A stretch of DNA of 60,978 bases, filler included, from Sphacelaria rigidula (lineage: Eukaryota): the NCBI GenBank assembly GCA_964200075.2. It is 6 parts of 6 records of this genome, joined end to end, with 100 filler letters (N's around TTAATTAATTAA, not from the genome) between each part and the next. Parts side by side here need not be neighbours in the genome. Positions count along the whole stretch, not along the records: positions 30,541 to 40,620 come from CAXNAA020007190.1; positions 40,721 to 50,799 come from CAXNAA020007191.1; 4 more parts are not named here. One strand, 5' to 3'. The translations under genes were made by a program, and so were the position numbers. This document shows positions 37,101 to 50,052 of the stretch, piece after piece. A model generated the notes under the pieces. That model saw only the letters and a program-made list of their open reading frames with translations, ran no database searches and was not told the DNA's origin. How positions within the stretch are numbered: position 1 is the stretch's first letter; every line of letters begins with the position of its first letter.

Positions 37101-38176
37101 TGAAGCATTGCATCGATCCATCAGCCGCCGCTTTCCCGACATCGCTGCTTCTTTAACACAGATCCTCGACGGCTTCCTCGCCGAAATGGATCCGGATCGT
37201 GCCAAGGAGAAGACAGGCCCGGTATTGCTCTCTGATTTGGAGAGGCGTTTCATAGGTTATTTTGACGAAAGTGACCAAGCCAGCGCCATCCAGAGACTGA
37301 GTTCTTTTGCTGTTGCATCGGATGTCCCCTTCGCGGAATACCTCCGCGAATTTAAGCTTTTGGTTTCTGGTACTACGGGTGTCGGACGCCAAAACGGGCC
37401 GAGCGATGCAATGTGTCACACTTACGTTCGCAATAGCGTTGCTCAACAGTAACCGGCTCTGATGCCGTCGTTGTTTCCGGGTGTCTTGGCGCATCGCGAG
37501 GTACCTTCCGCCTCTGTCGATACTATATGATCTGCTTTTGTACACCAAGAGGGTAATCTAACGCCCGCCATACGTGGCAAACCTTCTACGTCGGTGCGCT
37601 CACCTACGGTTTTGCCCTCCGCTCATGCCCAAGGGTCTCGCGGCAGGAATTCGAGCTCGTCTCGCGTTTCATGGACCCCCGACTCGGTCGCCGGTTCAGT
37701 TATGCATGTTCAGAGTACCAGAGATGCTTTCAGAGCGAGATTTGATGGTTGGCCGTTTTCCGAGGAAAATTGGGACGATATTTATTTGACTTCAACAACG
37801 GCATCCATTACGAATGATCCCCATTTGTGGAACCCACTTCTTTCATCTTCCACCAGACGCAATGCCTTCAGCAGTCATGCCAACAGTTGCATCAACCGTA
37901 GCGTTCAAGGCCACAGTATGCGCGACTGTGACAGTCCATGCATCAAAGCCTTTGATCTTATGAACCCTGAATTGCAGGACAATGAACCCGCGCGGCGCCG
38001 ACGGCAAAAACGTATGCGCGGCTATTGCCCACCTAATCAAAATCACCGTAACAATTCGAATCAACGTTCCAACAAAGCACTAATCGCGGTCGCCGAGAAA
38101 AGAAAAATCACGCGAGCCCTCGCCAGAACAATCAAAATTATCGCGACAACAAACGTTCCGCTGAGAAGGCCGTGTA
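34156..38176 (+). pseudogene. Decayed retrotransposon gag-like polyprotein (low-complexity/coiled-coil N-terminus, capsid-like core, zinc knuckle); no pol follows
   Basis: Chained frameshifted ORFs; LSDLERRFIGYF...AIQRL...FAEYLREFKLL (retrotransposon gag pattern, 37230-37365); degenerate knuckle C-IN-R-SVQG-H-SMRD-C at 37888-37929; N/R/Q-rich tail. Confidence 0.7.
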
Positions 38177-40566
38177 AGAGTACGTTTGGCGGCTTTCTAC
38201 CGATGATATTCGCTATTCCAACAAATATTTGCTGTTCCAACAAATATTCGCTTGTGCAAGATATCCCGTATCAGCTCGCAGCGGATATTGTACCTCCCCG
38301 GGTGTGTTGGAGTACGTTTGGCGGCTTTCTCCCGATGATATTCGCTGTTCAAATAAACATTCGCTTTTACAAGATATCCCACTTCAGCTCACAGCGATAT
38401 CGAACCTCCCTGGGTGTGTGAGAGTACGTTTGGCGGCTTTGTCCCCATGGTCTCCGCTGTTCCAAGAAATATTCGCTGTTCTATGGAATGTTCGCTTTCT
38501 CAAACGATCACATTTCAGCTCACAGTGGATATTGTACCTCCCTGGGTATGTTAGAGTACGTTTGGCGGTTTTCTCCCGATGATATTCGCTGTTCCCAGAA
38601 ATATTCGCTTTCTCAAACCATCCCATTTCAGCTCACAGAGAATATTGTACCTCCCTGGGTGTGTTGGAGTACGTTTGGCGGCTTTTTCCCGATGATATTC
38701 GCTGTTCCCAGGAATATTCGCTTTTGAAAAAAGTCTCATTTCAGCTCACAGCAGGTTTTGTACCTCCCCGGGTGTGTTAGAGTACGTTTGGCAGCCTTCT
38801 CTCCTTGATATTCGCTGTTCCCAGAAATATTGGCTGTTCCAAACAAATATTGGCTTTTGCAAAATATCCCGTTGCAGCTCACAGCGGATATTGTACCTCC
38901 CTGGGTGTGTTGGAGTTTGTTTGATGGCTTCATCTCCTTGATATTCACTATTTCAGGAAATATTTCCTTTAGCAAAATATCTCACTTCAGCTCTCAGCGG
39001 ATATCGTACCTCCCTGGGTGTGTTGTACGTTTGGCGGCTTTATCCTCTTGATATTCGCTGTTCCCAGCAATAATCGCTTCCGCATAACATCCCATTCCAG
39101 CTCACAGGGGATATTGTACCTCCCTGGGTGTGGTGGAGTACTTTCGGCGGCTTCATACCCTTGACATTTGCTGTTCCCCGAAATATTCGCTTTCGCAGAA
39201 TATCCCATTCCAGCTCACAGCGGATATTGTACCTCCCTTGGGTGTGTTAGAGTTCCTTTGGCGGCTTTGTCCCCATGATATTCGCTGATCCCAGAAATAA
39301 CTGCTTTCGCAAATCATCCCATTCCAGCTCACAGCGGAAATTGTACCTCCCAGGGTGTGTTTGAGATCGTTTTGCGACTCCACATCCTTGATATTTGTTG
39401 GATGTTCCAAGAAGTATTCGCTTTTAAAAAAATATTCACTTTTGCAAAATATCCCACTTTAGCCTACAGCGGATACTGTACCTCCCTTGGTGTGTTAGAG
39501 TACGTTTGGCGGCTTCATCCCCTTGACATCCGCTGTTCCCCGAAATATTCGCTTCCGCATAATATCCCAGTTCAGCTCACAGCGGATACTGTACCTCCCT
39601 GGGTGTGTTAGAGTACGTTTGGCGGCTTTGTCCTCATGACATTCGCCGTTCCTCGAAGTATTTGCTTTCGCAGAATATCCCATTCCAGCTCACAGCGGAT
39701 ATTGTACCTTCCTGGGTGTGTTAGAGATCGTTGGACGGCTCTAAATCCTTGATATTTGTTGGATGTTCCAAGAAGTATTCGCTTTTAAAAAAATATTCAA
39801 CTTTTGCAAAATATCCCACTTCAGCCTACAGCGGATACTGTACCTCCTTGGGTGTGTCCGAGTACGTTTGACGACTTTATCCCCATGATGTTCGCTGTTT
39901 GAAACAGTTTTCGCTGTTCCAACAAATATTCGCTTGTGCACAATATCCCATTTCAGCTCACAGCAGATATTGTACCTCCCTTCTTGTGTTTGAGTAGGTT
40001 TGGCGGCTTTATCCTCTTGGTATTCGCTGTTCCCAGCAATAATTGCTTCTGAATAATATCCCATTCCAGCTCACAGCCGATATTGTACATCCCTGGGTGT
40101 GTCGAAGTACGTTCGACGACTTTGTCCCCATGATATTCGCTGTTCGAAACTGTTTTCGCTGTTCTAACACATATTCGCTTCCGCATAATATCCGATTCCA
40201 GCTCACAGGGGATATTGTACCTCCCTGGGTGTGTTAGGGTACGTTTGGCGGCTTCATCCCCTTGACATTCGCTGTTCCCCGAAAAATTCGCTTTCGCAAA
40301 GTATCCCATTCCAGCTCACAGCGGATATTATACCTCCCTTGGGTGTGTCAGGGTTTTTTTGGCGGCTTTGTCCTCATGATATTCGCTGTTCCCAGAAAAA
40401 ATAGCTTTCACAAATTATCCCATTCCAGCTCACATCGGATATTGTACCTCCCGGGGCGCGTGAGAGACCGTTTAGCGGCTCTATATCCTTGATATTTGAT
40501 GTTTCAAGTAGTACCCCTGTTCCATGAAATATTCACTTTTGCAAAATATCCCATTACAGCCTACAA
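38171..40566. repeat. Tandem array of ~20 units of ~113 bp or ~133 bp (satellite/minisatellite)
   Basis: Unit gagtacgtttggcggc...gatattcgctgttcc...atattcgct...atatcccatt-cagctcacagcggatattgtacctccctgggtgtgtta; long units carry an extra ~20-bp atattcgctgttcc module. Confidence 0.95.
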
Positions 40567-41964
40567 ACAGCCGATCATCTATGTTGAGGATGGTGCTTTT
40601 CATTGAGGATGAAAACCCGGNNNNNNNNNNNNNNNNNNNNNNNNNNNNNNNNNNNNNNNNNNNNTTAATTAATTAANNNNNNNNNNNNNNNNNNNNNNNN
40701 NNNNNNNNNNNNNNNNNNNNGTGTTTCATCCTCAACAAAAAGCACCATCCTCAATATAGATGATTCGCTGTTTGCACCCAATGTAAATTACACAAGCTCG
40801 TCAAGCTATACTATACTGTGAATAAATATTTATTGATTAACCGGGGAAGCATGGAAACTTCGAACCATACGTTCTTGCTCAACGTGTTTTCTCTACATGC
40901 TTGTATGCGGGGAAACATGTAAGCTCTACAGACAGTGTAAGGCTTGCCAAAGTATACCCGTGAATCCAACATTGATCACGCCAGGGGGGGTAGGGAAGCA
41001 TGCTCAATAAACAATTTGTAGAAACGACGAACAGAGATGATGGCATTGGTCCGCATTTGCCCGCAGCTTCAGAAACATACCATTATTGCAGTACAAAATA
41101 GACCGCAGTGCAGTACCGTATACAAGGAGTAATCAGCCTGGAATACAGTACACAGAAAACAGATGAATATGAGAGAAAACTATGATACGTGGAATCACTC
41201 ATAACAACACTTCGCAGTTCTGTTTCTGCTTGCAATCGGCGTGCTCAACGTGCTTCGTCAGCGCTCAATGTCTGAGAACACAAGATCAACTGCATCTCAA
41301 TATCACCAGCCATTGTGACCTTGCCCCCCTGTTGTGTACATCACGGTCAGTTGAAGCCCTGACTGTCAACTCATACAGTTTAGAACACAAGTGGTTGTCC
41401 ATACAAGGCAACATGTTGAGTGCTTCACTGAATAGTTCTACATGTCGGAGACATGAGATCGACTACTGTGCTGTCTGTATCAACTACGGCAGATGATGGA
41501 AAATAACAGCCCTACACGACAAAATATGAAATCACATCCATACCCTCGGGGCATACATGAAAGAAAGATACTGCATAGATGAGCAGGGCATAACACTGAT
41601 GGAAAAAACAGGGGATGGAAGGGAAGGGCAATATATTGCAGACAAAAACAATCCGACTGCAAGGCTGCAACATGAATCTTCGACATGGTACACGTGGCGA
41701 GATATCCATTTATTGTGGCGTTGTATAACACCACCAGTTCAACAAAAGAACAACAAGGACATATGACACTCTAAAAAGCAAGAAAATACCTAAACCAATT
41801 CGCAAACTAGAAGAAATAACTACCGACCGATAACAGCAACATTCTTGGAGTCGTCCTACTCTTCGACCCTGGTGGTTCTATCAAGATTCAATGCTCAATC
41901 GAACGAAAAAAATTATAGAGGAAAACGTGCCTTTTGAGCACTGCGGCTCGTCTTTAGGTAGAAG

Positions 41965-42290
41965 CTAAGAAGCTGATGACTGACGTTGTTGTCCTGGACG
42001 TGGCGGTTCATTGGCGTTTGGATGCTAGAGTTGGTGACGCGCGTGTCAAGGGATATTGCCGCTGCTGATCTTCGGTACCGTACTGCTCCAGTTAGCTCAA
42101 AAAACAAAATAAAATATTGATACATGCCTTCGGGGCTCCTCAGCCCATCTGATATAAAAGCTGAGAAGCTGATGATATTGTTGTCCTGGATGTAGCTGTT
42201 CACTGGCGTCTCGATGCTAGAGGTGGTGACGCCCGTGTCGGGGCGTGTTTCCGCTGCCGATCTTCGGTACCGTACTGCTCCAGTTAGCTC
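41965..42290 (+). repeat. Direct duplication of a ~130-bp unit (41965-42098 and 42160-42290)
   Basis: ttgttgtcctgga...ggcgt-tgctagag-tggtgacgc...gctg-gatcttcggtaccgtactgctccagttagctc twice. Confidence 0.85.
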
Positions 42291-42599
42291 TTGTGATGCT
42301 GCGATGCTGTCCGTTGATGTGGTGTTTCTTCTTGTAGTCTGCGGCGTGTGCGCGTTTAGATGCCTCGTAGTTGAGTAACCCGTTTTAACTCTCCCTTTGA
42401 AAAGAGATATTTTACATCATGTTTGATGTCTTAAAAACTCTCTTTATCAGCTTGCTACAGTAGCTGTAATTTTCAAGCAGGCGGGTGTAATTCACCGAAC
42501 ATCCACCAGTTTGAAATGAGTGAGGTGAGGGAATATGGTACACTCAGGCAGGGGACCCACTTATAATCTCCTCGTTCCTGATGCTCAGTCACCGAGGCC

Positions 42600-43010
42600 G
42601 AAGAGGGTCGGCGGTGCAGCAGTGGAGCTATCAGACGCGGAAAAGATGTTGATTGACCTCTGCTGCACTGTTGAATCCAAGGCCAGATGAGAGAGTGACA
42701 TCGACGTCGGTTCGTGCGGAGACTCGGCATCCCAAATCCCAAATCATATCTTTACTCAAGTAATGACTCAATTGAAATCCAATCAAGGCAACTTCAAGCC
42801 TAGTACATATACCTCTGTCGTGGGACTCTTATAAACCCACGCCATTCAACGTGATAGCGACCAGCGACGCACGTGTAAAACGAACGGCTTGCTGGTGATT
42901 AATCCACATGCCGCCGAAATATTCACCCAAGATATACCATTCTAGTACTCGCCGGTCTGTATCCAGAAACGGCAGTTCAGCCGCTGCTAATCTAATCACA
43001 TAACAGCCGC
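42600..43010. repeat. Diverged dispersed repeat with coding character, paralogous to ~50150-50565; family unknown
   Basis: gatagcgaccag-gacg-ac-tgtaaaacg and aaatattc-c-aagatatac-ttctagtac-cgccggtc shared; plus-strand peptides NIHPRYTILVLAGLYPET vs NIRQRYTFLVPAGQYSET. Confidence 0.6.
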
Positions 43011-43440
43011 CTATGGTGAACACCAACCCCCTTGTGAAACCTGACGTCCGGTGATATGGGAGAGCACCGCGCTCGCGCAACATCACCGGCAGAGACACAG
43101 AAGACAGAGGACGGTTTGACCACCTACACAAAGCAGAAGTTCCGTTGTAAAAGAATTTACTGAAATTCATTCATGTCGAAGATAAAAGTTGACTCAAGTT
43201 TGAAACGTTTGAATTCAGCTCCGGACCGGCACGTGGGTGCTACAGAGAGCCCCCTTTCCGTTGTACAAGCTGTTCATCCCAGGACAGTGTAACCCCGCGC
43301 AGTACAACACCATGCACCTCAGCGCAGCACAGAACAGCAGATCTCCATGCAGCGAAGTGCAATGCAGTGCAGTACAGATTATCGTACTGTCTGTGTAGTG
43401 TTATGCTCGGGTATGAACTGCGCCGGCTGCAAGAAGGTAC

Positions 43441-43695
43441 TGTGACGAAAATACGCCGTTACCTTGAGTTGGTAGTGATGATATGGATAATGACTGAGGG
43501 CACGGAGATTCTGGAGGGTTCTAGATAATGACCGGGGACACGGATATGGTATCTGCAGGTCTAGCTGGTGCCCTAGAAGGGCACTCTTGACTAATGATAA
43601 TGTTGAAAAGGTTGACAACTGAAACTGAGGTCAGTAAGACTGGGGAGTCCCTCAACAGCAGTGATCCAACAGTGCTTCCACTGGCTGCCGTCACA
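43441..43695 (+). repeat. 5' LTR (255 bp)
   Basis: TGTGACG...CGTCACA; direct repeat of 47949-48174. Confidence 0.93.
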
Positions 43696-44059
43696 ATATC
43701 AATACTGGTGCTAGTGTTAGTGTTAGTGTTAGTGTTAATGTTAGTGCTAGAAATTTACTAGAAAGGATTTCGGTAGGAGTCTGGGAGCTGTGTAAACCTG
43801 ATACACCACGGAGGCGTGGAGAAGGTTCCAGCTGAGGCAGTTGCAGAAAGGCGGCTGGCCTGTGATTGATCTAGACTGGAGACTTGCTGACTCGCGTGCA
43901 GCGGGAGTTTGGTGGCTCCTACGACTGTGTGGTGCGGCGACGAAGCAAGGAAAGTGCGATTCGCGAAGGATCGCTGGCCTGCAGAAGTTCGCAGGTAGCC
44001 GGATACAGCTACAGGTATGGCGCCGACTCACGAGATACGTCCACCGTGACACCCGCTGT

Positions 44060-45660
44060 CATGCGGGACGAATTGTGACCTCCCCAAAACGGGGACAGAT
44101 ACTCAGAGAGTGCATCTCGCACTTTTTACACGAGGTACTTGGAATACAAGAGACGTGTGGAGCACGATATTGCAGGGGGTGCCGTGCGGCATCAGGTGGT
44201 GACTATGGCTCAACAAGTACCAACTCATGTACAGAGAGTGTTCGCTCGTCCGGAACATAATGAGAGCACTCTCACCTCGCCGCAATTGGTTGTGGCGATA
44301 AAAAAACATGCTGGGCATGCGGCGGGCGCCGAGGTAGTTCTGACCCAAGCGTCCGCGGCCATGGCGAAAGCTGTCGCAATGGATTCTCGGGGGGAAACAA
44401 TGTTGGAGCGTGTGGAGCCCATCTTGGCCAATTTGGAGAAGTACTTCACGGAAAATCCTAACGTGGAGCTAGTATATCGTTCCCCGATGGTGAGTTCATT
44501 CCCGGCCCGGCATCAGTAATCTCGAAGGCTTTGGTGGAGGGGTTGGCACCGGAAAATTTCAAGCAAGCCGTGGTTGTCAAGCTGCAGCACCAAACAGATT
44601 GGAAGGACGACCCGTACCTGGTGATGAGCACCGTCGTGGCCGAGGCCAAGGAGTGGCGGGAAACAGAGGTGTTCTGCCAGTCGTCCACCTCTTCGCCGAA
44701 ATGTTTGCGCAACCATGGCTCGAAATCGGCTGGTCGCGCCGCGAGTATTACTTGCCATCGCTGTGGCCCGGTCGGCCATTATGCACGCAATTGCCCAACG
44801 TCTCCCGGTGGAGAGTCTGGGCAGTCTAGTGCCGCGCGCCATCAGCATCGTCAGCACAAGGGCAATAGACGAGGTGATTGTGGTGGCGGCGGCGGATCCT
44901 CCGGCGGTGGAGGGTCGCAAGCGAGCCCTCAGCAGCAGCAGCAGCAGCAGAATCAGCAGCAGCAGGGGCAGCGGCGTCAGCATGGGCCTTGCTCTGGGTC
45001 CGGCGCCGCCGTAGGTGCTGCTGCTCCGCAACGGGCGGTGCAGGTGGGCCCGACTTCTACAGAGTCGAACACTGCGCCGGCGCCGGTGGTGGCGCCGGCG
45101 GCACACCGGCAGCAGCGCCAGGCGCGACGCCTGTTGACGCACTGGTCGGAGGGTCGCCAAATTCTTGGTTTGCTGGCTGGGGGGCGTACCCGCCGGCGGT
45201 GCCGCTTAAACCTGCCGGGGCGTCTTCGCCTGCGCAGCTTGCGCAGCCGTGGCGTCAAGTGGGATTGGCGGCGCATAGGTCAACGGGAGAAGTTCACGTG
45301 GAGCTTGCCGACAGATACATTCCGACGGAGTTATGTCTTCCGAATCAACGGTAGCGTGGAGCCATTGTGGTACGGTCTGTGCTGGATTCTGGCGCCTATT
45401 TCACCAGTCTGCCGGTGCAGATGGTTGAGATGCTGGAGCGTCAACTCCCGGGTGTGCCGCTGCGCATCCCCTTTCCGCTCGGGGGGCGGCAGGCAGTCAC
45501 CGCGTCAGGTCAGCATGTTTCAGTCACGGAGCGTACTGTTCCGTTGCAGCTAGCCTTCAAGACTGCTTGGGGGCTGGCGTCGTTGCCTCCGATCTCGTTG
45601 CGATTATGCCAGGGTCGGGTGGCGTTGTTCTTCTGGGGCTGCCGACGCTACAGGATCTAT
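44060..45660 (+). pseudogene. Gypsy gag and protease, frameshifted
   Basis: Zinc knuckle CHRCGPVGHYARNC (~44753-44794), poly-Q tract, protease motif VLDSGAYFT (~45379-45405). Confidence 0.88.
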
Positions 45661-45854
45661 GAGTCGACCAGTATGAGCGGTTGAAGGACTCCATCAAGAC
45701 ACGTCTATCTGCACCTGGTCCGCACGTGGAGACGGCCACCTTTTGGGCAGTCGTCGCGTGAGCTTGTCGGTGGATGCTTTTCAGGAGACTGGGAGGCAGG
45801 GGACCGAGGTGGCGGGATGAGGCGGTAGGATCTTGAGTAGAGCGCGACCCGGAG

Positions 45855-47948
45855 ATGTCAATGATTCCGGCGGAAGAGGAGTCCGCTCGGAAGGTCGTGC
45901 TGGAGGAGAGCGTGACAGATGCTGGGGCGACAGGCCTCAGCGCCTCAAAAGCGAAGCGCCTGCGCGGCATATTGCATTGCCGCGTCTACGCGTTTCGTCG
46001 TGCGCTCCAGGGTGATCCCCCTGCGCGCGTGGAGCCCATGCGTGTTCAGCTGAAAGCTGGAGCGTCCGCGGCGAAGACAAAGCCGCGGCGGTATGATCCA
46101 GTGATGTCGAGTTGGTTGGCGTTGTGCATGGCGGCTCTTTCGGCGCTCGGGTTGGTGTTACGGAATTTGCAGGTGGGGTGGTCCAGTCCAGATATGGCTT
46201 TTCCAAAGAAGGCTGCATCGTGGACGAAGGGCAGGCTGCAGGCGTGGGCGGCAGCGAAGGATCTGGTGGCTCATGTCGTGACGCTGTTCCATCCTCGTTC
46301 TGATTGTCAGGTATCAATATTTCCGGATGCATTTGAGTGCCATTGGGGTAGTTTTGTCGCGCAGGTGACTACAATTGGAATCAAAATGCCTGTGCGCGCT
46401 GTGGCTGTGTATGGTCCGTGTGAACCTGATGACTCGATGCCGTCCAAATCTGTTGTCCGCCAAGCCCAACGAGAAGACCTCGGGGCCGAAGATGTGGATG
46501 TGCAATCTTTCGAGTCGAACGTTGGTACTGCTGTCTTGGACAATGAAGGTCTGTTTCGTGTGCATGTGCGTGGCCGAAACGTTTTGTGGATTCCAAGTTC
46601 TGACAAGCAGTTGCAGGTACGTCTCATGATTTGCGCGCACATGCGTGACGCCGGGCATCGTGGTGTGGCTGCGACGCTCGTGCGCTTGCAAGAGGTTTGT
46701 GTATGGCAGCCGATAGAAACTCATGTGCGCGAATTTGTCGGCCAGTGTCTTCACTGTGCTGACTCGAGGGCGGGCGATGTTGTCCCCCGCCTGCTCAGCG
46801 AAACGGTCGATGGGACCACGCAGAATGAAGTCGTTCATTTTGACTTCTTGTACGTGGGCGAGAGTGGCCCACTAGCTTCCCAAGGCTTGTCGGAGGATGC
46901 TGGGTTTCGATACATTTTGATAATCATGGATGATTTGAGCAACTTTGTGGCTCTAGAACCAGTAGCAGTGTGTACTGCTGAATCAACCGCTGCATCTTTG
47001 CTGAAATGGTGCAAATGTTGGGGGTGCCGCGTGTATGGGTGAGTGATACCGCCACGCATTTCAATAATGCGATCTTGGCTCGATTGCGAGAGACTTCGCG
47101 CGTTGATCACCAGTTTGCGGTAGCGTATTCTCCGTGGTCTAACGGCACGTGCGAACGCATGGTCAAGGAAGTAGTTCGCGCTCTTCGCTCTATTCTTCTC
47201 GAGCAGCGTAGAGCGGTTTCCGAGTGTGGGGCCGTGTTGCCGGCGGTACAATGAGCGCTTAATACAGCGTATCGTCGTCGTTACGATAGTACGCCGTACC
47301 ACGTGATGTTTGGTCGTGCCCCTCGGACGCCTTTCTCGGTGCTGGCGTCTTCGTCGGCGGGGGAATGGAATTGTGATGTTTTGGACGATATTTAAATTAA
47401 GGGTGCATTGCAAGGAGTCTCGGACTCGCAAGAACGTTTCCACGTTCAAGTGCAGGAACGTTTTGCCGCTGAACGTGCGCGTAGACGTGAGGGGTCCTCG
47501 TCGGGACTGCAATTGCCGAATTTTAAGGTAGACGACTATGTCGTGCATGCACGCGTGCGTCTTCCAGGTGTTACGCCCAAGTTGATGGCGACTTGGACTG
47601 GTCCATGGAGAGTGCTTGGTGCTCACCACCCGCACGTGTTTGAGATTCAGAACAATGTTTCGGGTCGTGTTCAAACTGCCCGTGTAGTTCGTTTGCCTTT
47701 TATGCATTTTCGCGGCTGACGTTAAGGACGTGTTCCAGCATGCTTTTAATGAGAGGCAGTTTCAGATGGCTGGTATTGTCCGAGTGGCGGAAGCAGATGA
47801 TCGTTCGTTGATCGTGTTGGTCGACTGGGTTGGTTTCGGAGTTGAGGAGCGCACGTGGGAGCCTTTCAAGAATATTTTTGAGGCCGCTCCGGAATTTCTT
47901 ACAAAGGAGTTGCGTAAGTTGCGTGTTGCCTGCGCGCTTTGGGAGTGC
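45855..47948 (+). pseudogene. Gypsy pol remnant: RT N-terminal fragment, RNase H fragment, integrase and chromodomain
   Basis: VEPMRVQLK..WSSP (RT start, no YxDD); IFPDA..HWG (RNase H start); CAH...GHRG...CLHC; HFDF, SDTATHF, SNGTCER; WTGPW; LVDWVGF...TWEP. Confidence 0.88.
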
Positions 47949-48174
47949 TGCGACGAATATACGCCGTTACATTTAGTTGGTAGTGATTATATGGATAATG
48001 ACTGAGGGCACGGAGATTCTGGAGGGTTCTGAATAATGACCGGGAACACGGATGTGGTATCTGCAGGTCTAGCTGGTGCCCTAGAAGGGCACTCCTGAAT
48101 GATGAGAATTTTGTCAGGCTGGGGAGTCCCTCAACAGCAGTGATCCAACCGTGCCTCCACTGACTGGCGTCACA
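47949..48174 (+). repeat. 3' LTR (226 bp; ~30-bp indel relative to the 5' LTR)
   Basis: TGCGACG...CGTCACA followed by GTAC. Confidence 0.93.
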
Positions 48175-49599
48175 GTACACTGTATACAGTTCTAATGTAG
48201 TACGTAGATGGCGGTGGTGGCGGTGCTATCGCGATTCATGACGTGCGACATCTGGCCGTAGGTAACGTGTAACTCGGGTCGTTGTGTGGTCGATGGAGAA
48301 AGGTACCAGACTAGCGCCCTTTGAGGCGTAACGATCGCATATTGGGAATCTGCACCCGGGTTCCAACGACCACCAACGTGAAGCGAGATCAATGGAGTGT
48401 ACAGAGCGCGACAGATATCGAGAAACTCTTATTTAGAGCGAGGCCCGGCGTCCCATTTTCTCTTCAAATCCAGCACAAATGCTCAACTCCAAATTCCTTT
48501 TGTTCGAAGAGGTTCAAAACGTTGAATGCCTAGTTTTGAAATTCTTATTTTGCACAGGCATAGAAGTAGGGGACATTCAAGGTACCCCACTACTCTTACC
48601 CTCGGCCAAAAAAGACTGCAGGTACAGTACTACACCGTGCGGCAGCAGTGAGTAGTACGTGAACCAGCCTCGTTCCGAAAGACAAAATCTGAGCAAAATG
48701 CAGTGCAGCACTGTTCGAGGTTTGTACAGTTTGTCAATGTCCATGAGGTGCCCCAGCAGATATCAATGTTGTTCGCCAGTTTGAAAAAGGAGGCAACTTG
48801 GTTGGGGGCCTGATTTAGCCATGGTGGTTTTCGGGTCGGTTTTTTATTATTCTGAGGTGCAGTTCATTCTTGCAGAGTCTCACCTGCCGACCCCCTTGCA
48901 CTTTTCGATGTCTAATTCTTACATTCTCCTTGATTTCACCACGAATGCTTACCCCCTACATTCTTGAATTGAAACAAACAAGCCTGAGATTCTTAGCTGC
49001 GAATGTTTCAACATCTGTCGCGCTCTGTTATTATACATAAATTTCGAGTCGTCAAGCTGGACGTTATAACGATACGATACGAGAATCGGATGCGGCGAGC
49101 GTGACATATGGTAACGCAGCAAGGAAAACTCCGTTGTTGTTGGACCTCACAGCACGAGAACCACAAGATTGGGGGCACTTGACATCGAAAACATTGACGT
49201 GCAATCCTACCCCACCCACCCCTCGGTACATTCGCCAACCGTAGATGTGGAAGATCCCAAGACTCACAGTAGGGATGCAACGTCTGGAGCACTTCTCAGA
49301 CGCCGGCCGGGGCAGTCCAAACCTGAGATACGGCACCGCAGTTGATCTCGAGGTAAGACCACCACGACCTCCTTGATTCAGTAATGCCGCGAGAAGTATA
49401 AGTCCCGGAGATCGCGGGAACCTGCCCACATTCCCCTCGTTCGCGCTGATGATTGTGGGTTTTGAACGAACTTGAGTATGCAAAAAAATCGGAATGGCAT
49501 CCTCTCCCGTGTGCCAAGTGGCGGAAACTGTCCCCCTAGCTACTAGAGGTAGAGAGAGTGATAACAACCCAGGATCAATACCCCCGTCGTTGCTATCTA

Positions 49600-50052
49600 G
49601 TTGTTTATATGCTGAAAACACAGGATTTTACAAATTGGGGGTATTTTTTGTATTGGGGATGAAAACCCGGAGAAATCAAATCTTCGTATCCACACCAAAT
49701 CTTCGAAGTATGCTTCCATTTCTTCACCTGCTGCTTGTTATTGACAACTACAAATTTGGATGTCGATACCCGAAATGTCGGGGTCTTAAATTAAAAACCG
49801 ATTTTGGCGTCCGATCGGATTACCTAAATCCCCCCAAAATGGTTTTTAACCTAGGACCCCAACATTTCGATTATTAAAATCCAAATTTGTATGGCGTGTA
49901 GTAGTTGTCATTAGCTACCAGCAAGTGAACAAATGAAGGCATACTTCGAAAATTTGATGTGGATACGAAGATTTTATCTCTTCGCGTTTTCACCCCCAAT
50001 AGAAAATCCATTCCCAATTTGTAAAATCTCGTGTTGGAGGTGCAAACTAAAA
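49600..50052. mobile_element. Foldback element, arms ~49600-49762 and ~49878-50052
   Basis: gattttacaaattggg vs cccaatttgtaaaatc; aaatcttcgtatccaca vs tgtggatacgaagattt; ggatgaaaacccgg also occurs in the MITE end at 40607-40620. Confidence 0.8.

Larger units (their letters stand above)
43441..48174 (+). mobile_element. Ty3/Gypsy chromodomain LTR retrotransposon with both LTRs, internally deleted (non-autonomous)
   Basis: LTRs 43441-43695 and 47949-48174; TSD GTAC at 43437-43440 and 48175-48178; order gag-PR-(RT/RH fragments)-INT-chromodomain. Confidence 0.93.

Noticed and set aside
38171-40566. CRISPR array or repeat-protein gene
   Set aside because: No unique spacers, the whole unit is homologous, no cas genes; unit lengths of 113 and 133 are not multiples of 3 and the ORFs are short by-products
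40567-40772. One MITE spanning the gap
   Set aside because: The ends are inverted matches but lie on different concatenated contigs, and the satellite does not resume after the gap; most likely two copies
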